Assembly: GCF_018977255.1 (NCBI RefSeq)
Contig: NW_024704742.1
Coordinates: 105,774,001 to 105,838,000 of the forward strand
Direction: 5' to 3'
Source of the DNA: Callorhinchus milii
Lineage: Eukaryota
Length of the DNA stretch: 64,000 nucleotides
Within the stretch, counting starts at the first letter, position 1. Every line of letters begins with the position of its first letter. The notes below the pieces were generated by a model. It had not been told where the DNA came from and did not search any database. It saw nothing but the letters and a program-made list of their open reading frames with translations. Made by a program: the position numbers and the translations under genes. Positions 52,106-63,249 of this stretch are shown piece after piece.

Positions 52106-54540
52106 AAAATTCACACTAGTGTGAATTACCCGGTTCTTTGTGAGGAATGGAGGGGATGAAGGCATATGGTTCTCTGGATCATTATTTTGAATTAAAGTCA
52201 GCCGCACAGTGGGGATGTGAAGGATATAAACATATCAACACAGCTGAGCACTTGCCTTATGATACGGTCAGACTGAAACATCAGAGTTCTCCAATAGGTC
52301 TGATGCTCAGACCTTACCCACAGTCAAAGTCTAGAACAGGCTTTGTATTAAATGGGTTGAGCTGCCCTAATAACCCAGATTAATATTGCAGGCCTGGGCT
52401 TTAGTAGAGTTTTGCGAAGGACATAGGTACTGTGCTGGGTCTCCAGATTACTGGAACAGTTGGTGCTGGAAATAAGTGGGTGTTACAGCATTGTGTCGCA
52501 GTGCTAGAAATTGACTTGCTATGTGAGGGTGCTGGCACGCTGGCACGTTTAGCCCCGATGGAGGGGTTAATGCACATGCTTATCCTTAGTCAAATGCTGG
52601 CATTAGCAGTTAAAAGGACAGTTATTGGTCCCAGCGCACAGTTGGGAAATGAACTGAAGCATTTAACACTCTCTAATTAGTTTTAGACTGATCCACACCT
52701 ACCAACTGCATTTCTGTGAAATTTACAGCAATGTAATAATGATGTTCAGTGTTACTGCAGGAAGCGGGATTTCCTGTACACCTCCCTCTCTCTTAATCTC
52801 TCCATCTCTCCCTCTCTCTGTGTCCCCAGTGCATAGCAAGATCACTTCCTCACGTTCCACAATGACTCGTTCTATTTATACTCAGAAAGTGCGTCCAGTT
52901 TAGTGGATCTCGGGAGGCAGGAAAGTTTCTCTCTTTCCCTTTGCAGTCTATGGGGGCGATGATGCGATCAGGTATTCGTGGCCAATTTCCGCTGCGCATC
53001 ATCAAGGAGCAGTTGGCTTCGCTGCGTGCAGGCTGTTAGGAGCTGATTATTTTCCTAATCAGTACAGTCACAATATAGGGAGACAATTAACTGGGTTGCT
53101 CCTCCAAAGCTTCCTTCTGTGGTCCAAACTATTCAGAAACAACATCAGCCATGCTTTCCATGCACCCTCGTTGCTCTTATTCTCTCTCTCATACCTCCAC
53201 TTGACTCTTCTATCAAATCCATCTTGATGGATTCGATAAAAGAAGTGATGACTTTTAATAAGGTGGGTGGTGTGTGCTATTGCCATTCAGGCAGTGGATC
53301 GCAAGCATTAAGTCATTTAACATTAAACCTTTGAAGCGAGCACTCCTTGAATGACCCAGCAGAAGGCATTGAGGGAAGGCCAGCATATTTGAATGTTTCT
53401 GTGGGTTCTGTTGTTGCAGCAGTCCTGTCCTCTGCCTTGTTGTTGTCTGTTCTTCCCTTACTGTAGGGGGCACAGGCAGACTTTGCTTTCTGGATCCTGA
53501 ATTGACGCAGCCCAATTAAAACATGAGGTTATCAGCCAGTGCAAAGGTGAAGCAATTTAAAAAAAAGATTTATCCCAAAAACAAAACGTGGGACGACTGA
53601 CGCCCTCCCCACCTTCCCCTTCTTGTCCTTCGATTTTTCTCTTGCCTCTGCGTACATGGGGTCATTGCCACTGTGTGCTTCCAATACACAGACTTGTGGA
53701 GCTCAATTGACAATCAATGATGGAAGGCCCTGCTTTGTAGCTTTGCCTAACTTGATGGTGGCAGCAGTGACAAAATGAACTTTTAATAGGCCGTAGAGTG
53801 GTGCTTAAAATTCTAATCACGCCAGTATTTTCCATCTCGCTATCTGCTCTGTGTTGTACCAAACCTCTGCTCATTGATACAAACTGCTTTTACAGCAGAA
53901 ATAATTGATTGCTTAGTACTCTGTGATGTGGAGCTACCACTGGGACCTGTGCGATATGAATATCAAGTGATCGCGGTGAGGTATGTATTTTGTCTGGCAG
54001 CCACCAAACAAAAGTGGAAGGAATAAAGGAAATGACCTCCATCTGCATAGTACATTGTAGAGAATACAGTGAAGGCCAAATTACCTTTGGCTCATGGGAA
54101 CCTGAAAGCCATAATTATCTTTGCAAACTGCCTTAGAATAATGCAACACTGTTAGGGAATGGAGGATATTCAGATGTTCTGTGTTGAGGTGAGTCTGCGG
54201 AGGACAACTCTTGACGAAGGGGTTTGATTATTTGGGTAGTGTGGATCCCTCCAAGAGTAGTTACAGACGGCTTCTGAATCTCGACACAGCACCATGCAAA
54301 GTCCATGGGCTACGGAAAACTATAAGCACCTGCTGAGCTAGGAAACACAACTTAAGCACATTTTTTTCTGTTTAAAAACTGTAGGAGGGTGAGATAAAAG
54401 GATGAGCTATTTTTGTTTTCTTCCTAAATAGGCAGAAAGAACCTTTTTTATTACCACTTGAGTTTTTGCCAGATTTGGTGAAGATCGTGAGTGGTCTGCT
54501 TTTGGCTTCATTTCACCCTTTTCTCATTCTCTCTCCCCAG

Positions 54541-54552
54541 CCCAGTGATACT
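54541..54552 (+). other. Candidate 12-nt microexon (CCCAGTGATACT; PSDT if phase 0), host gene unknown
   Basis: Long pyrimidine tract tttcacccttttctcattctctctccccag, then 12 nt, then a consensus gtaagt donor. Confidence 0.35.
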
Positions 54553-55884
54553 GTAAGTAAGAGCAGTGAGTCAGCAAGCTTCCTATAATATACAGTATTA
54601 AACAGCACTATTATTATAATAGTATTACTCCTGGTCTCTGCTTGGGTCCAAATCCCTGACTGTCCAGCGATGTGAAAGGTATTCTATATCAATCACTTTC
54701 GGGATGAGTGTGAAAGGATATACAAATTTATATGTAATTTATTGTTGTTGGCTCACTGATCTTTCAAGCCCACAATGCACATTCAGAAGCTCAATGTGCA
54801 ATCGCATCTTAAAGCTCACAAGTTCTTGTATAGTCTGTCAATGATCGATATTTGCTGGAGTTTTGTAATCTGGCGGCTACTTGAGCAGGAATTCCTGTTG
54901 ATCCTTTGAACGAGTTAAGGCCCGTTTGTCAGGGCCTCAGTGGAATGTGACCCTGTGACTGGCGTGAGCTGCCTCTGCCTGGGGGCCGGCAATGGCATCT
55001 TTCAGCGGAAGGTGCTTGATGTCCCAGCTGCCAGAGAACTCATTATTCACACTGGTGAACATTCATAGAGGGAGACTAGGAACAAAAGGATGCAGGCGCT
55101 GACACAATGGGAGAGCTAATCTGGGAAGTGATTGATATAGAAAATCTTTTGTCGGTGCCACCTGTAGCAATAGAATGCCTTGTGGTGTCTGTTCAGCAGC
55201 ATTCGGACCGACTTCCTATTCCATCTGCTTGTCAAGTCGAGAGTACCAGACCCTCAGTATAGTCTGAGCACTGTGTTGGAGTTAAGGAATCGTGTTCCAA
55301 TTAAAACCCATTCACAAATGTGGTCAGTACAGTATTTGGCAGAGTTGAGCAAAAGTGCTCGAGCCGCTCTGGTACAAAGTCAGAAAACTCTACAGGTCAC
55401 CATCAGATTTTGTGAGGTTTATTGCATGTTTAGTTTTTTTTGTGTACAAATCTAACCTTGGAGAGAGTCAGGCATTCTGACTCGTTAGTTTGTGAATTCA
55501 GTAACTCACAGATTGTGAATGCATGGCATGTGGTTTGTGACAGGATGCTTTGTCAGGGACTGCCAGGTATCCTCAGCCTCTCTGTCCCTACCACCTGTAG
55601 TATCTTGCATGTAACCCATTCTGCCGTAATAGCACAGTGATAAACTGCCCTGAGTTTCCCATTCTTTTTGACAACATAATCCCCTTTGTTTTGTAAATCA
55701 TCTACTGTAAATGTTTACTAGCATTTGAACTCTTCAATAATAATAATGCATTTTATATAGTGCCTCATCACATCTTCAAGACGTCTCAAAGCGCTTCACA
55801 GAATATACTATAAAGCAAATTGGCTGTATATTGTGTGGGCGAATGTGAGGGATAAATCTGCTGAGGAATGGAATTTTCTTTCTG

Positions 55885-56260
55885 CCTCAGCATCAAGTAC
55901 TGCCAGGTCAAGTCCAGTCCAGCAAGGGTAAGATGTAGAATGACGCTCCATCTGCTCTGCCTTAACCTCGCCCTCAGGAGAGAAGTCTCCACAGCAGCAA
56001 TGTGACTTTTCAATTTCCCCACCAGCAATTCGTGTGACCTCTCTGAGTGAAATGATTAAGATTGTGCCCATTTTTGAGCAGTTTTGTGCTGTGGACCCAT
56101 TGGCCTTGAAGTTCTGGGCTGAGACTGTCTAAACGTATTTCGCACCAGAACCTCACAGCCAGTAAACAAGAAGAAGACCTTCATCCCATTATGTTGGGTT
56201 GGATTTGAACCTGGGTCCCAAAGGTGAAAGTACAATGTGTCAGCTGTAATAACCAGCTCT
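55885..56260 (-). mobile_element. Ancient tRNA-derived SINE, LF-SINE-like (second copy)
   Basis: Reverse complement ctttcacctttgggacccaggttcaaatccaaccc…gggatgaaggtct…agtctcagcccag…cacagcacaaaactgct…tcactcagagagg, collinear with 18045-18286. Confidence 0.65.
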
Positions 56261-56458
56261 GACTACTGTAAGTTTTCTATCTGCTTTAGTTTTGCTGGTT
56301 TATTTTTAAATACAGAAAACAATATTTGAAAGAAGAAATTTTTTTTTTTAAATTGCAGGCCGCACTTTCTTGATTCATTTTCCCTCCATATTTCATTGTC
56401 TTCCTATGTCCAGCGTTGGTAAATTTGCCCACCAATATACAGTCACAATTTGCAGTAA

Positions 56459-56732
56459 AATAATAATAATAATAATAATAATAATCCTTGCATTTGATAT
56501 AGCGCTTTTCACGTCAGGAGGACGTCCCAAAGCGCTTCACAGAACACACTGTAAAGTGAATTGACTGTATATTTGTGGGAGAACGCGGCAGCCAATTGTG
56601 CACAGCAATGTCCCACAAACAGTCGTAGATTGAAAATGACCAATTTATTATTGTTTTTGGTTTTTTTGGGAGGGATTATTATTAGGCGTGTGGAGTAAGG
56701 AAACTTGCCCAAGGTTTCGCCCTGCCTGGAAT
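56459..56732 (-). mobile_element. Young SINE lacking most of its tRNA head
   Basis: Near-identical to 6038-6300. Confidence 0.92.
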
Positions 56733-57414
56733 CTGGGATGAGTGATGGGATTTAAAATAGGAACTTGGGTAGAGTATAAATACTAGCCAGACTGGATGGG
56801 CTGAATTACCTGTTTCTGAGCCATACCTTTTATGAATCTACTGGGGTTGATTCCTTCTGAATTTCCTTCCTCCCCGGCCTGAGAGCTTCCTTGGAGCTTC
56901 CCCATGTTAGTATGGATGGGATTCGGAGTTCTCTGTGTTGAATTGGGAATGTGGATCCACCCCCTCCCCATGAGATGGCTTTAGCTCCCTGTGTGATCTG
57001 CTTCCCATTTTTCTTCCCCCATGGACAAATCAAACGAGCGCTGCAAATTGACAAAGGTGCAGACAATCTCACTGCAATGAAATAATCAGTAATATTGGAC
57101 TGGAAATGATATGAACTTCAGGTTGACCAGATATCACCGGTACATTGAGATAAGAATAACAGTGGATTATAGGATAATAATAGTGAGCTTCAGAGAGTGA
57201 GGGCAGATTAGCATTAAGCCTTGAAGACCTTTGCAAATACAGGAAATATACTTTCTTCAGTTGTGGGGCATTTCATTGCTAATATTAAATGTCAGAAACA
57301 CTTACAGCCATGGGGTGAAACAGGTCACAGAAATGATCAATATCACACCGCAAATAACATTTTCACTCACAAAGTTTATTGATAAACTCAAAGTTTACTG
57401 AAGACACAAAAATG

Positions 57415-57600
57415 TTTTGTGGCCACTCAATCCATGATTATTTGTGGGACACTGCTGTGCGCAATTGTCTGCTGTGTTTCATCCACAAAATACACAGTCT
57501 TTACAGACTTCACACTCTACAGTATATTCTGTGAAGTGCTTTGAGATGTCTCAACCAAGTGGTAAGGCACTATATCAGATGCAAGGATTAATGTTATTAT
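57415..57600 (+). mobile_element. SINE 3' half
   Basis: Deu core tttgtgggacactgctgtgcgcaattgtctgctg and L2-type tail. Confidence 0.8.
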
Positions 57601-58721
57601 CACTTTACAAAATATCAAGGACCAAAATTGCACCTGCAGTCTAACAATTTAAAGATTGTATAGAGTTGTGGAAAATTTGTAAACTCAATCTTAATTCGGA
57701 AGACAGTTTCTTTTTAAGACCTGAGGAAGGAGAGATTCCAAATTGATAGTGAGTTTAAGAATTTATCACAACCTTTAATTTTAAACCAACATGGTCTTAC
57801 AGGTTAAGAGAAGGCCTGGAGTATACACAGAGGTTTGGATTAATGATTTTAGTTAAAGCATCTATCTCAGTTTAAGATTCAGGTCTATCGTACCAATCTT
57901 TTCTTAATTAAACCTTTGAAATGGGAAATCCCATTGCAGAGATGTAACAAAAAGATAGCTTTTAGCCATTGGCATGCGGTAGACCAGGTTTTTAGTTATT
58001 CTTACTTGAGAAGTGATTCTCATTGAATTCTGTGAGTTGACAGAAGCGTGGTTTGCAGCACAGTGTAATTCCCAGGTGCATGAAACAGCTGAATATTCCC
58101 TGTGGCCAGCTGTGAGTACTAAACATGAGCGTGTACAAATTAACCAGGTGCTATTTGAAATGTCATGTTATTCAATTGTGAATAACAATACTCTTCTCAG
58201 AAACAAAGGCCTGCATGCTTTGATAGGATTTATTTCATTCTCTCTCTCTCTCTCTCTCACACACCTCTTGTACCTGCTGTATTCTGGCATCTTGAGTCTC
58301 TGTGGTCCAGTGCCTATGAAGCCTCGCTGCCTCTGGCACAGAGAACTGCCACTTTGAGTACAGCACAGGAGCCACCCCTGCCTGCCCTCTTGCTTTATCA
58401 TCCACACATCAGTGTGAGATTCCCACCTTCACGTAGCAGAGAGCGAGCAGCGTTCACCTGTGGGCTGTTGCCAAAATAACAACCAATCATTTGTTAAACT
58501 TCTGAGTTTTAACTCTCACAGTCACAGGCCACACTGTTACACTGTTGTGTGACGTCTAGGAACATTTCCGACATTTCTGCTTGGAGTAGGGTATATAGGG
58601 GCAAAAAGTACACCGTTTGATCATCACATGTAACTTTTCCCACCCGTATTAAATATATCTGTAAGGAATTGTTAGTTGTTGCATTGCATTACGGTGCATA
58701 AAAGCATCGATTTAAAATGAA

Positions 58722-58918
58722 ACAAAACGCAAAATACTGCAGAAATCTGAAAAAAAACAGAAGTCGCTGGGAACACTCAACAGTTCAGGCAGCATCTATG
58801 GAGAAAGGAAAGTGAGCCAACGTTTCGGGTTGATGACCCTCCCTCCGTCAGAAGTTTTGACGAAGGGTCGTGGACCCGAAACGTTGACACACTTCCCTTT
58901 CTCCATAGATGCTGCCTG
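58722..58918. mobile_element. Penelope-like inverted-repeat element with hammerhead-like cores
   Basis: Perfect 23-bp (58786-58808/58896-58918) and 13-bp (58818-58830/58874-58886) inverted arms. Right arm tTGACGA-a-GGGTC-gtg-GACCC-GAAA-cgtt. Confidence 0.7.
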
Positions 58919-58920
58919 CC

Positions 58921-59193
58921 CATTTAATATGAGATGTTGTCTGCGTCAACTGGATGTTAAAGATTCATTGGCGCTATTCGAAAAGCGAAGGGAGTTTCTC
59001 CTCGTGCCCTGGCCAACAATCCCCTAAATAATATTGATCATTCATTTCATGGAATATTAATGTGCATTATTGGGCTGACACATTCGCCTACAAGTAGACG
59101 GTCACTCCATTTCATAGTAAACCCTGTGAAGTGCTTTGAGATGTTCTTCTGACGTGAAAGGTGCTATGTCAAATGCAAGTATTATTATTATTA
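58921..59193 (+). mobile_element. DeuSINE-like 3' two-thirds
   Basis: ggatgttaaagattcattggcgctattcgaaaagcgaagggagtttc…ctgtgaagtgctttgagatg…(tta)n. Confidence 0.78.
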
Positions 59194-59350
59194 TGCTAAG
59201 GATACTATGACACCACAGCATCTGAAAAGAGAAAGGCATTCCTCTTGATGTCCTGGCTAACAATCCTTGAGTGTTAGCTGAGTGTTAAAACAAATCGTAA
59301 TCATTCTTGCATTTGATACAGCATTTAGAACATCTATGACATTGAGAACG

Positions 59351-59667
59351 TGGAGTCCTGTAGCTCAGTGGTTAGAGCACTCGCTTTGCAAGTGAGAGAC
59401 CTGAGTTCAATTCCAGGCAGAGGGCGAAACCTTGGGCAAGTTTCCTTACTCCACACGCCCAATGATAATCCCTCCAAAACCCAAAACAATAATAAATTGG
59501 TCATTTTCAATCTACGACTGTTTGTGGGACATTGCTGTGCGCAATTGGCTGCTACGTTCGCCCACAAATATGCAGTCAATTCACTTTACAGTATATTCTG
59601 TGAAGCGCTTTGGGACGTCTAGAAGACGTGAAAAGCGCTATACCAAATGCAAGGATTATTATTATTA
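59351..59667 (+). mobile_element. Young tRNA-derived SINE, full length, inserted into an older antisense DeuSINE (59298-59968)
   Basis: Near-identical to 48167. The host tail lies to the left and the host body and head (…gagtgctaccaacttagccaggctgaca) to the right. Confidence 0.93.
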
Positions 59668-60364
59668 ACATCTCAAATAGTCTCACAAGGAATTTTTATT
59701 AAGTGCAGTGCCTATGTATTTGTAGGCAAACTATTTTTTGGGGAGTGGGGGGATTTGTTAGCCAGGACACCAAGTGAAACTCCCTTCTTTAACATCCAGC
59801 TGAACAGGCAGACGGGACCTCAGTTTAAAGATTAATTACTGAAGGCACCGCCAGCAATGCAGCACACACCCAGCACTGTATTGGAGTATCATCTTAGATT
59901 ATGTGAGGCTTAAACCCACACCTATTGGCCTCGGAAGCAAGAGTGCTACCAACTTAGCCAGGCTGACATTAGAATAGAGTGCTATCGTGATTATCTTATT
60001 CAACTGTAAGGCTGTAAGATATTTGCAATATGAAATACTAAGAAGAATTGAAATGGCACTAAAGGACAGTTTGAATGGTAAGGAGGTCAAACTGAAGAAG
60101 GCACAGACAGCATATGAGACATGAGAAACTGAAGGGCTGAAGAAATGTTACCAAGCAGGTGTGAAAGAATTGAAAGGATTAATTCACAGGTCTGGCCTGC
60201 TCTGCTCATAATGCAATTGACAGCTGGACCACTTGTGAAGTTACTTTGCTTATTAAGGATGTGTGCTGTGTTGCTTGCTGAGCTCCTTTAGCGACATTCT
60301 TTGTGAGCTAAACGGGAAGGATGAGTAAGAAATGGCATGGTCTTTTGTGGAAATGTTACTTACA

Positions 60365-60565
60365 GAGAATAATAGATTGCAGGAGGATTGAATGAAGAAG
60401 GAAGGCCCTTCAGACCATTTCATCTAATTCCTTCCAGGATATCCCAGTATAGCTTCAAGCTGGATCTTAAATGAGTCCAGCGAACTGACCTCAAATACCT
60501 TTCTGGTAACCTGTTTCCCTGATCATTACCCACTGTGTTAAGGAATGCCTCCTGGTATCTGAAAC
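60365..60565 (-). mobile_element. CR1-type LINE 3' fragment
   Basis: Reverse complement aggaggcattccttaacacagtgggtaatg…ggaaacaggttaccag…tcatttaagatccagcttga; terminal gaaggcccttcagaccat. Confidence 0.65.
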
Positions 60566-62536
60566 CTGGGAACAATTGACTCAGGATTTCATTTACTCAC
60601 GGTTGTTTCTCTGATATACTGTACATTAATGCAAAACACAAATAGTTTACGTGTCTTCTGAACCCTCAGATTTGTGTTTATGGGAGACCTTGTAGAATTC
60701 TGGGTCTGTTATTTTTAATACAGTAATACTGACTGTCAGAGGCAGGGGATTATTCTGCTCCATGAAGAACCTAGGTTGATGTAGGCTGAGCACTTTTCTG
60801 CTTTGTGTGATAAGGTTTGTGAATTTGTCTGTCAGGAGTTTACGCGACATGAAAAATGATAAATTATACGTTAGAAATGTAAAACTCCAGCCTACATGTA
60901 GCATTGCGTAACGGGCATTTCTATGCACACAGAGACAAATTTGAACAGCACTCACTGAACAGAGCAGAACAAGGTTTAGTGGGGCATAGAGCGTGCAGAG
61001 CAGAATAACAACTGTGCACTTCAGGCAATGACCTTGTTCAGTTTGGAATCTGGACAACATTGGGGGCTCTACCATGAATGTACAGTGACATTCATACTGA
61101 AAGATAAATGCTTGGTGATGCCATTCCTGCTGGTTTAACAGTGAATAATAGTGTGTTGAGCTGGTTATCTGGGAAGCTCTGTAGGTTTGTGCATTATATA
61201 TGATATGTTAATCACATTTTTCTAAAATGGCTCAAAGGGCTGCAGGAGGCAAGTGGCATTTATTCTGCATTGTACTGCTAAAACTCATCGAAGAATTCAG
61301 GATGGTGCAAGAATGTCATAGAAACACAGAGACTTAAAATTGGGAAAACCTTCCATTGCAGATGTTTTGCAAACACTTTATTGTTGCATGGTGAGGGCAG
61401 GGGAAATCAGTTAAATACAAAATGAAAGCTCCCTCACCAGCAAGTTCAGTAGGTTACCAGGAGCTGAAGTAAAACAGTAATTTCAAGACTGATGAACTCC
61501 CATTTGGTTTGGGGCCAATGCTACTGAGCTGTGTAATTGTAATGGAAGCAATCCAATCAGGGCTGGCATTTCGGGCAACCTTAAAAGATTCTTGTTTGAG
61601 CAGAATGGGTGTAGAGGAAGATACAAATAATAGGCCTGTGTGTTGTAATGTACAAGCAATGAGCAACTAACTACAGTCGTCTCGAGACGTCCGCCAATTG
61701 CAGAGCAGCTTTACCTCTCAGCCAGCCTTGTTTCGTGTATCATTGTAGTTTGCTGCGAATATCTGCGCCAGAAAGGAGACATATAATTAGCATAATTTAA
61801 CAGCGAACGAGGCATCCTTGCTTGGTTTTTCATTAATGCCCAGCAATTGTAAATGAAAATGACAGCTTCTTCAGATAACGTGAAGAGAAAAGCTGAAGAA
61901 GAGGGCTCTACTGATAATGCACCCACACACCGACAACATGTCTGCAGACGATCCCTTTGTTAAAACATTGACTTGTTTTACTATTTACAGTCATAGGAGA
62001 AACCAAAACCTCTAAGAGCAATGACTCTAAGTGGGGTTCCCTGGGGCTTGGGGTGAGAGGGCATTAACCTGGTAAACATTGGCAACTCCACAGTAATCCA
62101 AGCCAGACTTGGGGGTGTGGCTGTATCTTCAACCGAGCAACCCAAAGCCCTAATGAGAAGGATGGTCCTTAGCTGGACAAGTACCATGCTGCATAGTTAC
62201 CCACTTTACAGTAACCAAAAACAACTGTTTTGAATGCTTTGCAGCAGCACGTTTCATTGGGCAATTATTTGAATTGTGTAAAATGAAACTGGTGTTATAT
62301 TATGAAACAGAACGCTGACATTTTCCAGGGATTTGTGTCAAACTGTTCACACACAGTGAACACAAATGCATTCTTTGTTCTTCATTATTGACATTTTTCA
62401 TGTAACGAGTAGGATGGATGGGGGAGGGGAAAGAGGGATTGGTTATGGGCGGGAAAGTAGGTTAACCCATGGGAGAAAGAACAGGAAAGCAACTTCATTA
62501 CTGTATTGATAGCTATGTACGGTACTTCCATTTATC

Positions 62537-62636
62537 TGTGTGTGTTTGCGTGTCTGTGTGCCTGTGAGTGTCTGTTTATATATGTGTGTCTCTGTGTACA
62601 TGTGTCTGCTTGTGTGTGTATGTATCTCTGTGTGTC
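62537..62636. repeat. Degenerate (GT)n microsatellite
   Basis: Direct reading. Confidence 0.85.
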
Positions 62637-63249
62637 TAAGGAAATATACTTGAAAACTGAAGAGCCGAGTGTGTGAGCCCAACACTTCCCCCAGCTTGAG
62701 AAATGAACTGCTGGTTTGGCTTCTGGGACACTTGCCAGTGCTCTGGTAGCTGTTCGTGCCTCCTCCAGTCCTGCAAGAGAACACTGAGCAGATCACTGTC
62801 CCAACGAATGATAGATCTGAATCGTGGTCACGCTGCTAAATGGACTTCCTCTCCTCTCTAGAACCAGCTGTGTATGTCCACACGCTGAGATATCAGACCC
62901 AATTTGTGGTTTGAATCTGAGTACAGAGCAGCTCTTTCTGTGGTGGCCTCTGGTTTCATTATAGAAAGTCAGTGCTTTAGCTTAATGGAAGACTAGCTTA
63001 CGACAGTGAATAGAAAAAGGAGAAACACCAGGTGCTCGCACTGGATAAGCATTAACAATTATAGCTCAGTAGTGGCTGTGGACTGTCTGTTTCACACTCG
63101 GGTAAAGTTAATAGAATAATTGGGTCCATTGAGGCCATTCACTGAAGCAGATTTATTGGAATTTAAGGATTTTTTTGCACACTGACCCAGTAAGAATGCA
63201 GACAACACAGGCTTCCCTGATAGCCTAGAGGGCAAAAGCGTTATAGCGT

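Noticed and set aside
6038..59667. Repeated gtgaaaagcgctatatcaaatgcaagg motif as a possible CRISPR-like repeat
   Set aside because: Irregularly dispersed on both strands, no spacer periodicity, eukaryotic context; these are SINE tails.
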